In this document: piece by piece, positions 27,695-41,639 of the stretch
How the letters are laid out: every line of letters begins with the position of its first letter
Numbering within the stretch: position 1 is the first letter of the stretch
Origin: Octopus vulgaris
Taxonomy: Eukaryota
Assembly: GCA_951406725.2 (NCBI GenBank)
Contig: OX597814.1
Coordinates: 43,834,001-43,898,000, forward strand
Reading direction: 5' to 3'
DNA: 64,000 nucleotides
Translations under genes and position numbers: made by a program
The notes under the pieces: generated by a model
What the model was told of the DNA's origin: nothing
The model's input: the letters and a program-made list of their open reading frames with translations, nothing else
Database searches by the model: none

Positions 27695-28521
27695 CAAATT
27701 TAAAATAAGCAGAAACTGGAGAAAACTTTTGATCAACTAAATTCACCAACATCAATTAATTATTTTATAATACAATACTTAACATTGCTTACGGCCGTAA
27801 ATTACTTAGACGTAAATAAAGAAGGAAATAAACCCACTTCTTTATTTACGTCTACCTCTTTAACGGTCTTAGCTGAACCTCGGTTTTGAATGTAAGTGAC
27901 CGGTTGTAGAGATGGATGGACTCTGGTCAATCCAATTACGAACAGCAGGTAGTTGGTCTCTAGAATATTTCAATAAGTGCACTATTGTATAAACTTCACA
28001 GATATGTTTCTGGATAAATATTAATTAGCTCTGTTTACGAAATCACAAGTACTATCTTTTATTCTAGATTTATTGGCGATTACTGCTTTATTTACTAGTT
28101 TTATTTTATTATTATTTATCCTCTCCGGTACCCCTATAAAAAGAGATCACCCACCAATTATTTTTCTAGATTATTTGCTAGTTTACTTTTTGCCTATCGA
28201 CTTCAAGCTTCACACTGTAAAATGCTATGATTCTAATTTATTGTGCTTTCTTGCTTCATCTCGAGACCCTGTTATTTTCTCTTCCCTCTTCTTACATTTT
28301 ATGCATTTGTATTCACTCTGAAGAAGCTCCATGTACTAGATCGAATGTGCTATAAAGATGACGAATATTATTTTCGGAACTTGCTTTGCGTGCACCGACT
28401 GACAATTGTAGCCGAAACGGCCGTAAGCAATGTCAAGTTTTGTACTAAAAAATTATTAAACGATGCTGGTCAATTTGTTGGTTGATCAAAATATTTCTCC
28501 ATGTTCTGGTTATTTAAGATT
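27695..28521 (+). mobile_element. Old PLE 3'-end remnant with diverged inverted arms (27695-27798 and 28417-28521) and a decayed hammerhead
   Basis: aacattgcttacggccgt is mirrored by acggccgtaagcaatgt. CTGAAGA at 28318 and gccGAAA C ggcc G TA at 28411-28425. Confidence 0.6.
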
Positions 28522-29324
28522 ATATATATATATATACATGTGTGAGTGCGTGCATATAAACGTATATTATATGAAATAGTATAAATTAAAACCGAATGTC
28601 CTGCAGACCATTTTTGATTTGTATATGTTATTATATTTAAAATATCATCAGACCTGAGTTGAAATATCAATATGCTCAGGAACTCTTCTTTCCAATTTAT
28701 GCGCTGTACATAATCTTCAAGGTCTGTATTCAGTAAAATCATTATTGATTTTGTGTGTGTATATTCCGTTGGTTTTCATAAACTTTGATGATAGTTGTTG
28801 TTTTTTTCTTTCCTACTCATAACACTTTTCATGATTTATTAAAATTCATAGCTTTCATGGCAAATGATATGAAACCCATTTCTAAACTATATTTCATAGC
28901 CACTATGCGACATTACATGTTTGGGAAACTTAGTCAAATGAAAGCAGGGTGATCTTTTAGAGTGTGATGTTAATTTTTGTTATACAACTCATGCTTTTTT
29001 TATATATTTCAGTTTCGTTTTCAGTTGGTACATATTATTTAGTTTTATAGAATGCATTTCAAAGAGTTAAAAAAAAAGTTGGCTTTAGTTATGTTGCTGA
29101 GAGAAATAATTTCATCAAAATCCAAGCGACACAGATATTTTGGGGGAAGTAAATTTATAGTCAAAACTAAAGGTGTTGATATCGCGTTACAAATTAACCA
29201 AACATGAAGCGAAATGAAAAGAAAGTCTAAAACAAAAAAATATCACGTTGAAGAGCAATAAAACGCAACGTACAACAAACACATATATGCATACACACAC
29301 ATATATATATATATATATATAGAT

Positions 29325-29360
<36 letters not shown>

Positions 29361-29613
29361 TTTAAATATGCTTTATATATTTCTATATACTTTTTTATAT
29401 ATACTTCAAATTTGGTGGGTAGTGATAATTTTTATTATTATCATAAAGTCTATGCCGCGAACTCTTCGCCCGTGAACATGATTCTCATCAAAGAAGATGT
29501 ACACTTTGAAATATGTGGCAGCGATTTTTTATTACTTGGTAGATTTAATTACTATAGAAAACTCGATTAATATTTGAAGAAATAGTTTTATGTAAATGTT
29601 AGTTCGTGGCATA

Positions 29614-29678
<65 letters not shown>

Positions 29679-30597
29679 TGCTCACACACATATAGATAGA
29701 TAAATAGATAGATACGTGCATATATACTCATATGTATGTATGTATATACATACGTACATATATATATATATATGTGTGTGTATGCATGTATGTATGTATG
29801 GATGTATGTATATATATATGCCACAAGAGAAAGAGAGCTTCGAAAAAAACTACCTATCTTGTCAGGAAAATAAAGGAAAAGAATAGTAGATATTTTCCAA
29901 AGTTACTTGTCTCGGTTTATTTTTATGACAAATTATTAAACTATGAGTTTCCATAATTTTTATTGTGGTAGATGCATGATTGCTATTTTAATATTAATAG
30001 ACTCGACACGTGACTCAACCTTTGCCAGATTACTAATCTAATGTTTTTATTCGTTTTTGTTTTATTTTTATTTTTCATTTAGTATCACACTTTCCACGAC
30101 GCACGAAATATTTAATATATTACTTTCTGGCATATCTGACCAGAAAAATATATTGATTCTATAATGATTTGTCTACGTCCAATTTCCCATCTACTATAGA
30201 ATATTTAAATGTGTTTACATAGGCAAAAATAGTTTATTTTCTTTGGTCTTTTCAATAACGTGACACTGATATTGTATCGATTACGAATTATTTCTTGAAA
30301 TAAAATATTTTCTAGTCAAATGGAGGTAAATCAATAGGGAATTGTCTACACAACCTTTCTTTCCTTTTTTTCCTATTAGTGCTCCATATAATCAACCACT
30401 TCGTATTCCTCTGCAATTGAAATACTAACTTCTTCGCATACACTTCTGTATCTATGTTTACAGAATTCTGAATGGAACGAAATCTATTGAAAACAGATGA
30501 ACCAACGGAAATGATAGGGATGCAATTGCCTCTACGCTATAATGTCCTTGCTTTGTTTTCTGATACAGAAGTTGTTCAACATAACGTATTCCAGAAA

Positions 30598-30650
30598 GTA
30601 ATGAAGATGACAATGTCTTTTCAAGGACTTATATGCGTTCTGATTGGTCT
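30598..30650 (-). promoter_or_regulatory. Candidate Pol II core promoter (CCAAT, TATA, Inr)
   Basis: Minus strand GACCAATCAGAACG CATATAAG ... TCATT, with the first T of TATA 31 nt upstream of the Inr A (30602). Lies in non-repetitive DNA. Confidence 0.35.
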
Positions 30651-31074
30651 GCATTGCTGCATGCTGTAACACAGCTCTATGTGAGCTACGTTGAACATTT
30701 AATGTTTATAGATACGTAAGTATGACGAGTATTTCAGCCATCTGATAGACCAATGTTGGTCAGTAATGTATTACATTCCCTACCATAGATAATCATTGCA
30801 AAACTGACAGAAACCTGTATTTTCTACTATGATAGTTATTAATATATTTTTCTGAGTTAATGCATATATACTACTCACGGGTTTTGACATTCAATTCAAA
30901 AGGAAATTGCCAGAAACATGTTCCGAATCACTAGCGAGAGCAATACAGGGATAAATACATAGAAATGTTGACTGATTGACCATAACAACTTAATGCCAAA
31001 CACCCGAAATGCAGTCGTGTATTGAGAAATATATGCATACATATATGTGTTTGTGTTTGTGTGTAATTGTACAC

Positions 31075-31151
<77 letters not shown>

Positions 31152-31815
31152 TGTACGCATGTGTGTGCATGTATATATACATATATATATGAACGTATAT
31201 TCATATGTATTTGTAGATATATGAATATAATTGCATATATGTGAATGCATACTTATATATGCTTATGGGGGTGATTTGCTGCTCTTTACGTGTATTATGT
31301 ATGGGCATACGGATTTCTCTCTACTTGAGCATTTATTGCTGTTTGCTCTTAGCGATCTGTATATAAATATCGTATATAAATGCACTGCGTGTGGCCAGTA
31401 TGTATATATGGGTGCAAAAACTGATGCTTTTAAGTATCAAGATCGCAACTACATATCAAACTTCAAAAACGTACCTACGATACATGCAACATCGCTGGCG
31501 GATTATCTGTGGAAATTAGAATCAGAAATTAATTAGGAACTGTTCTGGGCACTTCTAAGACAAGCACAACCATACAACCCACCCTTTTCGCGGATGTACG
31601 GGTTGAGCTCTCAAGAAAAAGTGTCCATGTTTTTAACAAGAGAAATACGCATCAACAAATTATTCGACAGGATTGCAGGCTGCATGCATTCATCCATTTC
31701 AGTATGAACATCCCCCCACTCTTACACTCACTAAATAGCCAAATTGCAGTACCCCAATACTGTAATTAACACCATATACTGAACACCTGGATATGTTTAT
31801 GTATAAAGACGCGTA

Positions 31816-31933
<118 letters not shown>

Positions 31934-32183
31934 GGATGCTGATATCTCGATATATATGGATATATATGTATCTATATGCGTACATACACGTATGTGCACG
32001 TTCGTCAATATGTATATGTATGTATATATATCTATATATATACACACACACACACGCATATATATATAAAGTAAGAAACTGAGAAAAAAACATCCTTCAA
32101 AGTTGTGTGTTAAATAGCCAAAGAGCATGAAGTGATATATCTATATATATATATGTGTGTGTATGTATGTATGTATGTATATG

Positions 32184-32215
<32 letters not shown>

Positions 32216-32368
32216 TGTATGTATGTATATGCATATATATGTAATGGAACTGTGATTATGTATATCAGAAAAACATATGTAAGTCGAAACAATTTGTTGG
32301 TCATTTATGGTTTTTATATTTATTCAGGTTAAATAATATTATGTTATTTTATATATTACATTTATAGT

Positions 32369-32800
32369 ATCTCTTATTATAAAAGGCAGATTTTATCTGC
32401 CTCCCTTTGGGAGTTATACAAATCTACAATATAGGATTTCTTCAATTACAATTTACCTAGCATTTTTAAGAGTACAGTGCATCGCGTCATGCCAGGTCTA
32501 GTTTTTAAAATTTAAACTCCAATTAAGCAAAATTTACAGAAAACTCACATTCTGGTGTGTGTGTCAAATGCTTTTCTTAGTCTGGTTTACACCACACGCA
32601 AACGCACACACACAGTGGGCAACGAATAAAGTGAAACTAGATGTAATATTTGTTTCTCTCTATCACGCTGATAGATACATGAGTAAAATGTATGGGAAGC
32701 TAACACATAAGTGTGAGTGAAAATGTTCTTGGAAGAGAGTAAATAGCCAGAGATAGTGATTTGAGGAAGACTTTACATTTAAATAACCGTAGTGGCTTGT
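32369..32800 (+). mobile_element. Possible Helitron 5' fragment
   Basis: Starts A|TCTCTTATTATAAAAG, like Helitron 5' ends. No hairpin-CTAG 3' end found. Confidence 0.35.
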
Positions 32801-33254
32801 GTTAGTAATAAAGTAAACATACACTCATACATACATACATACATACATACATACATACATACATACATACATACATACATACACACACACATACATACAT
32901 ACACACACACATACATACATACACACATACATACATACATACTTATACATACATACATATACATACATACATACACACACACACAGTATTGAAGCTTGAG
33001 AACAATCAGATACATTTGCAACACATCTGTTGAAAATATTATTGTTCACACACATACATATACATATATACATACAGACAGACAGATAGACACACACACA
33101 CACACATGATCCATACATATACATATATACATACAGACAGACAGACAGATAGACACACACATGATCCAGCATGGCCACAACCTCAAGGCTGAAACATATA
33201 AAAGAATAACAGAATATAAATGTGTGCATGTGTGTGAGAGAGAGAGTGTGTGTG

Positions 33255-33286
<32 letters not shown>

Positions 33287-33469
33287 TGTATGTATGTATG
33301 TATGTATATATATATAATAATGCGGTATTTTCAACAGCTTGAACTAAAAGTCAGAGGGGAATGGGATAAACTACTTATATTAACTTGCTATAAAAGCAGG
33401 TAGTAATTTTATCTTGTCCTTATTCATAGTGCAAGTTTTGAAGAGTGCATTTCGATTTTAACAGCTATT

Positions 33470-33750
33470 TTTTTCAAAGCTATATTGGAACAGCCTAGAA
33501 GACGAGCCTCATCCTGAAAGATCTGTAGAACTCGACAAGGACATCCTGAAAACCCTGGTGGAACAAAATCTCATCGTAACTGTTGAGGAACTAGCAGAGA
33601 AGCTTGGATTTGGTCATTCAACCATTCATTGACACCTGTGTGCTATCGGAAAAGTCAGCAAATTGGGTCAATGGGTTCCTTACGAACTTTCCGAGTCTAA
33701 TTGCATGCAGAGAGTGAATGTATGATTTTCTTTGCTGTCACATCTCACCA
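33470..33750 (+). mobile_element. Mariner transposase fragment
   Basis: SLEDEPHPERSVELDKDILKTLVEQNLIVTVEELAEKLGFGHSTIH*HLCAIGKVSKLGQWVPYELSE, containing the second HTH and the WVPxEL motif. Confidence 0.85.
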
Positions 33751-33767
33751 CTACTGCGCTATGTATA

Positions 33768-34404
33768 TCTATATATATAAAACTGTAGTTGTGTGAGTGT
33801 CTGTCCCCTTCGATTTAGATTCTTAACTACTCCCACATTTTGCGGTGCAGTTTAACCAAATTCGGGTAGCTTATAGTCGTGATTCATATCGAGCCCGTCT
33901 GAGTATTAGCGCGCGTCTACGATGAGACTACGATTTTAAAAATAATTTAACATCATTTTTTATTCCATTTTAATGCATAATTTTTCGTGTGTCGATGGCG
34001 GCGGAGTTGGCGTCCACGCTCACACCTGCACCTGTGGGGAAGGGAGTGTAAGGAAATCAACGTCGTAATGCGTTGTCAAGGAGACCAGCGTTCTTTTAGA
34101 ACAACGACTTCATGGCTTGAAGACACCAAAACAGAAATGGCTAAGAAAGCGTCTACATGAGTCTACGATTTAAAAAAAAATTTACCATCGTTTTTTTTCC
34201 ATTTTAATGCATTTTTTCGCTATTATATAAGGGAAGTAACTCTCTAAAAATGTCTACGATGAGTCAAGATTTTTCAAAAAATTTACCATCATATTTTTTC
34301 CATTTTTAATGCATCTTTTGCTATTTTTTTGGCTATAACACTCTGATAATGCTTATATAGTTATTTCCCTTACAAACCCGAGCAACGCCGGGCGATACTG
34401 CTAG
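33768..34404 (+). mobile_element. Non-autonomous Helitron
   Basis: A|TCTATATATATAAAA 5' end. The 3' hairpin CCCGAGCAACGCCGGG (34377-34392) is followed by CTAG|T. No TSD. Three internal repeats start at about 33915, 34151 and 34252. Confidence 0.85.
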
Positions 34405-36163
34405 TTTTTCTATAAAGCCTTTACAGTGCTTTTGAGTCAAATGCTATTCTGATCTTTGTATCCTTTACCTACCACTATTCGAATCATTCCAAACATCCTG
34501 CCTCATTATTGAATTTGTTTACTACAAACCCACGAATCATAGCAACAACATCCAGTCACACAGTAACGAAATGTACATATCATAACACTATAACGTATTA
34601 TGTAACCTGATGAAGTTTCTTTTGCAACGTAGGATGCATTCTATTACATCAATTTCAAATATACCGCTCCCCTGGGTGCAGCCACCCATATAGATTTCCA
34701 ACATAAAGAATAGACCATTTTTCATTAACGCAACATACGTAAGTACTAACAACAAAATAATTACAATTATTTTCCTTTCTCTTTCTGTGGCAGAATGAAT
34801 TTAATAAATAAGTAATGTATCCCTAACTATGATTTGGAGGAGCATATTGGAATAGTGGGAATCAAGAATGAGCTATACTCGACTCCCACTGATACCGGGA
34901 AATCCTGACCTTATGCTCTGATATCCGGACATCCTTGCTATGTATTTGCTTTATATATATATTTGTATATTGTTACTTTTATGTAGCTGAGGTTTTCAGA
35001 GATTTAGCTAATGTTATTGTGTCGAAGCTAAGAACAAGAGTGTTTTATTGTTTTTTATGTTCTTGATATCAGAGTTTAAAGTATATTACAAGACATTTTG
35101 TTCCTCTTGACTTTTATATTACTAGATATAGCTAAGAAGCTTTATTTTGTACTTTCAAGGGTATTTAAATGGTGAGGCTAGACCTGTGTGTTCCTATACC
35201 AGCAGAACCAGAAAAAGAGGTCTTTCATTACAGACATTTTATGCTGTCTAATTTTTACAATCACAGTTTCGTGTAGTATATATTTGATGGTTTAGAATTA
35301 TTCCAGATAATTAGTTTGAGTTATGCATTTCCATGCTTACAGACTGTAGTTCCTGGCTGTGCATAGTATTCTAAACTGTTGGAGTGCTTGTAGAGTAAGT
35401 TGCAATTTTATTAAATATACATAGCCGAGTGAAATATTTATTGTGATATAACTACAGCTGCATTTTCATTTCTTAATATTTCATATATATAGCAAAAGTT
35501 TTGCTGAAAAACTATTGCACAATTGATTTCAAAATTGGACGCCACTCTCTTTCGAAAATCTACACCTAACTACAATCAAATGTCTTTATCTTTTGTTTAA
35601 TTTTATGATTCTTTCTCGATGAAAAGATAATTTTCTGTGCTGTCATTTGCAATTAAGGATTATGTAATTATCATTTTGCTATTCATCCAATCTGAGTGGT
35701 TAACATAATTACCAGTCAAATACTGCAGTCGATGTCATCGACTAATCCTCTTCCCTCCCCACAAAAAATGCTGTACATGTGTGCAAATGAGGAAGAATTA
35801 CTAATTGTAGATTGGTAGAATCATAGCGGATTTCGAAATCGTGTCTCACTATATTTTTTCCGGATCTCTACGTTTCTAATTTCAAACTCCGCTGAACTCA
35901 GCTATGCTCTTGCCACGCAGTGTTCCATAAAGTCAGGTAATGTAGTTTGTCATACCGACTAACCTTCTCCTCCAAATTCCAGGCCTCGAGCCTATATTGT
36001 AATAGGGTATAGCATTGTTATTCCTTAATACCAAGGATTCATATATGTATATATTAATATAGCAATTAGTTTCTTCAGGATAGTTCAAACGTAAGACCAT
36101 TGTGGTTTGTTCTTGGTGTCTGACCGCATAACTGGCGATTCTGTTTAAAATAACCGCTTGATA

Positions 36164-36213
<50 letters not shown>

Positions 36214-36233
36214 TGTGTGTGAGTGTGATTGAA

Positions 36234-36312
<79 letters not shown>

Positions 36313-37574
36313 GTGAGGGAGAGGCAGACAAACAGACAGGCTGACAAGCAGCGAAGTGAGACGTAATCTATATAGGATTGATTTGCATTTTACATTATAT
36401 ATTTTTTTAGCATTATGCAAAAATGTAAATAAATTTCGAATGATGTCAAGAAGCGATTCATAGATTTGGGGGCGAGGGGTAATTTCGCCTATAGTACAAC
36501 AATTTTACTTCAAAATACAGTTTTAATTTCGAATTGGAGTTCAAAACATAAATTGAGGAATAGTCAGAGATTTTATAGTAATGACTTTTTTTGGTTTTCA
36601 GATGTTTATAAATAAGCAGTTACCTCGCTTGTGAACCAGTGTGATGACATTGCTTCTGTAAAGGCATAAAATTATGTTGCCAGACAAAATTGTGTCTAAT
36701 GTTTTAGAAAGCTTTTTGTTTAAACTATTGCCTTGGGTGTTTTCATTTTACTTTGACCATGGCTTTGTTCTTTATTGCTTTTATAACTTGCATTCATGTT
36801 TTTATTGTATATTTGTTCATTTTCATCTACTAGATTTTATATATGACATAAAACAAGCATTTCCAAAACAACTTGCTTTGTCAGTTTTTTTTTATATTTT
36901 TGTTTCGCGTAATGGTAATCGCAACGTAAAAATTATTGGAAAACTAAAAATTTAGTGCATAAAATGACATATGCTACATCTCTCCAAATATACCTGCCGA
37001 AAAAAGGGCATTTCAAAATTTGTCACTTAACTTCGATGTGTGTGGGTATGTGTCTATACATGAGTTCATATGTGTCTACTTTTAACAATAGTGATTGCAT
37101 AAGGTATACAATTTACAATGGTGAAATATAGTCACCCCAAAGAGTTGTGTAATTTGCAGTGTGTTGATTGTGATTTAATAGTTCTACTGGTGGAAAACAA
37201 AGTCATTAATGTTGAAAGTATGCTGAATCTAATTGGTATTGATCTGATCCGTCTACGGGCTGGAAGAGTTACTTCGTAATGCAACTTTGTGTAGCTCTTA
37301 CATGTAAACATTTCTTAATTTCTTAATTTCCATTTACAAACGTCTTAGTAACTTAGTGGTTCTTCGAACCACAAGAGTCACTTAAAAAGGTTATTTCAAA
37401 TTCAAAGAAATGCATCGCTGGTACCAACTTTCGATTTATAGAAAATATACTAGCTTCTTATCATTGACATTTGTATGATATCTGTAGGTCCGAATCAATT
37501 AAAATAATTTGATTCCTTACTATAAAAATTTGGTATGATATAATAAAACTCCCTTTATAAAAGTGATTTCAAAT

Positions 37575-37775
37575 TTTAGCACAAGGCCGACACGTTAAGA
37601 GGAGGATTCGAAACGATTACATTGCCCCTTGTGCTCAACTATTACATATTTTATCGACCCCAGAAGGCTGACACGCAAAATCGACCTCAGTGGAATTTGA
37701 ACTCAGGAGGAAAAGGCGGATGAAATACCGCTCATGTTTTTCCCGGAGTGGTAACGATTCTGGAATCTTGCCACT
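37575..37775 (-). mobile_element. Diverged family A-related SINE
   Basis: atcgaccccagaagg...tcgacctcagtggaatttgaactcag matches the family A core and B box. Confidence 0.7.
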
Positions 37776-38573
37776 TGATATTGATTTTGTAATACTAACA
37801 TGTATGTGTGTGCAACATAACTAGGAAGTGAACTGTTCTCAAAAATTATCTTGTAATTAAATTTATCCGAAAATTCCTGAATTCCTGTACTTCTGTTTCG
37901 ATTTTTAAAATGTACTCTTTCTTATAAACGTACAAACACAGACGTAAATAATATAGAGCAACTAGTGATCCTTCTTATTTTCTTTGTTTAAAACCCCACA
38001 TGCAAAAAAATATGAATACAACAAAAGAGTGTTTACAATTCAAACTACTTCATTGTACACATGAGTTTACAAAACGTTAAAGCAACGTGGCCTTCAGTTT
38101 AATTTTAGATCAGTTATAACGAATCTAAGATGTATTTGTTGCTGTGATAAACATAACTTTACCTATAAAACTGAAATACGACGCCATATATGAATTAGAA
38201 ATAAACATCATGATACAAAGAAATACATCAAAAGAGAGAATATAATAGTAGAAAGAGTTTCAGATACATATTAACGACTCAGCTAGAATAAATCTAAGAG
38301 GCTACAGATGGATAAAACATTTATAAAAATTCTTTCATGTAATTCTTCACACGAATTTTCATTTGACACGTATACAAATCTACACAAATAAAAGTATTAT
38401 GATATAACGAATGGTTTCGTTCACAAAAAATCACTGTGTTTCCAGAAACATATTATATAGCATGGATAATATAATTTACTGTATACGTATTTGTGTGCGT
38501 GTGTGGGAGTGTCGCATGCATATATATGTGTGTGTGTGTGTGTGTATGTGTGTGTGTGTGGGTGTGTGTGTGT

Positions 38574-38882
38574 GGAGACGTAATGGCCTAGTGGTTAGGG
38601 CAGCGGACTCGCTGTCTGAGGATCGCAGTTTCGATTCACAGACCGGGCGTTGTGTGTGTTTATTGAGCGAAAACACCTAAAAGCTCCATGAGGCTCCGGC
38701 AGGGGATAGTGGCAACCCGTGTTGTACTCTTTCGCCACAACTTTCACTCTCCCTGTTTCTTGAGTAAGCTGCGATGGACTGGCGTCCCGTCCAGCTCGGG
38801 GACCACCTACGCCATAGAAACTGGGAAACCACAGAAACCGGGAAACCGGGCCCATGAGCCTGGCTAGGTTTGAAAAGGACGA
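38574..38882 (+). mobile_element. tRNA-derived SINE, family C, with V-domain-like motif
   Basis: Head TGGCCTAGTGGTTAGG...GTTTCGATTC. Central CTGCGATGGACTGGCGTCCCGTCCAG resembles the V-SINE domain. Confidence 0.8.
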
Positions 38883-38898
38883 CGTTTATCGTTATATA

Positions 38899-38938
<40 letters not shown>

Positions 38939-38939
<1 letters not shown>

Positions 38940-39818
38940 TAGCATTAAAGACCCGTCGTTGCCGGGTCATAGTGCTAGTGCATGTATATATGTGTATATA
39001 TATGTGTACATATTACATGTACATCTATTTATATACATCTACACATAAAATGCAAAATACAAAGTTATATCTTGATATCGCTAGTGATAACAATACTCAA
39101 AATATATAACACACTGGAATTGTTAGCTCTTCTTTTTCCTCTACATTGTATACTTTATAGACAATAGTCTTTACTTTAATTTAATTTTTTATTATCCATC
39201 TGAACTATTCCATTTCTGAACGCTAATTTTATTTTTAATTTATTCCCATTCATGTGAAACCACTTATTCAAGTTCAAATCATTGATGCAATTTTATACCA
39301 ATTGGTATTTTTACTTTTGTTATGTTATGATTATATTATACTTTAGTTTGATTTTAATTATTACTTACTACATATAATTCAATTGTTATTATTATTTTTA
39401 TTGTTAAAGTGAAAGCATCTGACATAAACTAGAGAAATATTTTTGTTTCACTTTTAACACGTAATACTGAATTAGTGGAGAAGATATGATATTGCTATGG
39501 GCTCGCTCTAGGCAAGAAGTTGAACTTTGTTTTTGCCCATGAAACTACATGGTCCCTAAGTAAAGCATGTGTAAAATTTGAATGAAATTGGTTGTGTAGT
39601 TCTCAGGTTTTAGGGAATCGTATTGGAGAAGATATGATATTGCTGTCGGCTCGCCCTAGGCAAAAAGTTAAAAATTGTTTTTGCCGATTACACTCCTCGG
39701 ACCCTAAGTAAGGCATGTGTAAAATTTGAATGAAATTGGTTGTGTAGTTCTCAAGTTTTAGAGAAACACACAGACAGACAGACACACATTCCCAATTTTA
39801 TATATATATATATAAAGA
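38939..39818 (-). mobile_element. Non-autonomous Helitron with two internal tandem units of about 148 bp
   Basis: Minus-strand 5' end A|TCTTTATATATA...AAAATTGGGAATGTGTGTCTGTC at 39818. The 3' hairpin GACCCGGCAACGACGGGTC plus CTAG|T lies at 38939. Tandem units at about 39475-39622 and 39623-39765. That the two ends belong to one element is inferred. Confidence 0.65.
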
Positions 39819-39824
39819 TATATA

Positions 39825-41017
39825 TAACGGGAAGGTTTACGAAAATAAACAAAAGACGAAGGCAGGTTTACGAAAATAAGCAAAAGACGAAGGCAGGTGG
39901 AGTACAAACAAACAAATGTATTAGTATGGCGCTCAGGAATAGAAATAGAACAAGTCTTTTACGTTTCGAGCCTAGGCTCTTCGACAGAAAGATACACTGA
40001 AAAGAAACAAGGAGAGGAACAAGGAGATAAAAAATGCGTGTAGGAGCTAACGGTCCATCATGGCGTTCTGACTTCAGGCAGAAGTCAGAGGTCAGAGGTC
40101 AGACGTTAGTCGCTAGAGGGATAGTAGGAGAGATAACAGGGTCAAGTGACTTCGCCCCAACACGAAAGTGCGTGTGTGTATAAGAGAGTATGTGTGTGCG
40201 TGTGAAAGAGGGCTGGTGATCTGGACGTGTGTATGTATGTATGTGTGGGTGTTGAGATATGGGGATGGTTGTGTGGGTGGTGTGTTGTGATATGATATGT
40301 GTATGTATGTGTAGGTGTAAAGATGTGTGGATGGGTGTGTGGGCGGTGTGCTGTGGGTGGTGTGTTGTGATGTGATGTGTAATGTCATATTGTGTAGTAT
40401 AGTGTGGTGTGATGTTGTGGGGAGGTGTGGGGCGAGAGTGGGGAAAGCCCATGTGGGATGTGGGTTCGGCTGGGGGTTGGGGTAGAGTGGGGTTTGTGGG
40501 AAGAGTGAGAGGGGAGAGAAGAGAGAAGAGGGGAGGAGGGGAAAATGAGGGGAGAGAGGAGGAGAAGGAGGAGGGAGGGGAGAAGGAGTGAGAGAAGGAG
40601 GGGGAGGAGGAGGATAGGGAGGGGAGAAGGAGTGAGAGGAGAAGGAGGGGTAGGAGGAGGATAGGGAGGGAGGAGGGGAGGGGAGAGAAGGGAAGTGAGG
40701 GAGCAGAGAGAAAGAGAGAAGGGGAAGAGGGAAGAAGAAAGGAGAAGGAAGAAGAGGGAAGAAGGGAAAGTAGGGAAAAGGAGGGAAAGAGAGTAGGGGT
40801 GAAAAGATGAAGGACTGAAGAGAAGTAGGAGTTAGGGGGGAGGTTAGATGGAAAGGGACGGAGAGTTGAGCCCAAATGGCGTAAAAGAGCGAAGAGAGAA
40901 GATTAATCCCTGTTCACGGCGCAAGCGGGAATCCGTATGGCCTCTGTGCAAGGACAATCCGAACACAGACAGGTGTTGCAAGGAGTGACCGGTGGAGCGG
41001 AAATGGCGTGAGACTGG
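39825..41017 (-). mobile_element. 5'-truncated Neptune-type PLE (GIY-YIG C-terminus and long 3' UTR)
   Basis: PVSRHFRSTGHSLQHLSVFGLSLHRGHTDSRLRREQGLIFSLRSFTPFGLN, then a CT-rich and CA-rich UTR, then a hammerhead-like motif. Related to 16940-18230. Confidence 0.85.
39955..39992 (-). ncRNA. Minimal hammerhead-like motif with variant core
   Basis: tcttt CTGTCGAA gagc ctag gctc GAAA CG TA aaaga. Stems I and II are perfect and stem III is reduced to palindromic ACGT. The core deviates from CUGANGA. Confidence 0.65.
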
Positions 41018-41063
41018 TATATATATATACATGCTCTGCTCATATCTGTTATATATGTTTGTG

Positions 41064-41390
41064 TATTCTTTTATTTTTTCAGTCATTAGACAACGACCAT
41101 GCTGGAGCACCGCCTTTCGTCGAGAAAATCGACCCCAGGACTTATTCTTTGTAACCCTAGTACTTATTCTATCGGTCAATTTTGCTGAACTGCTAAGTTA
41201 CGGGAATGTAAACACACCAACATCGGTTCACATGCTCATATATATATATACGACAAACTTCTTTCAATCTCCCTCTACCAAATCCATTCACAAGTCTTTG
41301 GTCGGTCCGATGCTACATTAGAAGACACTCGCCGAATGTGCCACGCGGTGGGAATGAACCCGGAACCATGTGGATGGAAAGCAAGCTTCT
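41064..41390 (-). mobile_element. CORE-type SINE, family B, diverged
   Basis: Matches 24415-24820 with deletions. Confidence 0.85.
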
Positions 41391-41639
41391 TTATTTCATT
41401 AATTGGCTATGGAAACCGTACAAGAATGAGACAAACAAGGACAGACAAACACAGAGGGTGAAGCAGTTGCTTATCACTGATGAAAAGCTTCGAATGATAA
41501 AATATAAATGCCATACTCTTAAAAATATTTTTTTTCATTTAAAAAATTTCAATATTGATGATCATTGCAAATTTTGCAATGTGTGACTGAAGGAAAGGCA
41601 TCCAACCGCTAGGTTCGAACCTTAACTGGTTCTAGTCAC

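Noticed and set aside
34601-34640. CTGATGA...GCAACGTA hammerhead-like string
   Set aside because: GAAA is broken, the stems barely pair, and there is no PLE context.
40099-40875. 258-aa Ser/Pro/Leu/His-rich ORF
   Set aside because: It is the low-complexity 3' UTR of the PLE and is open only because of base composition.
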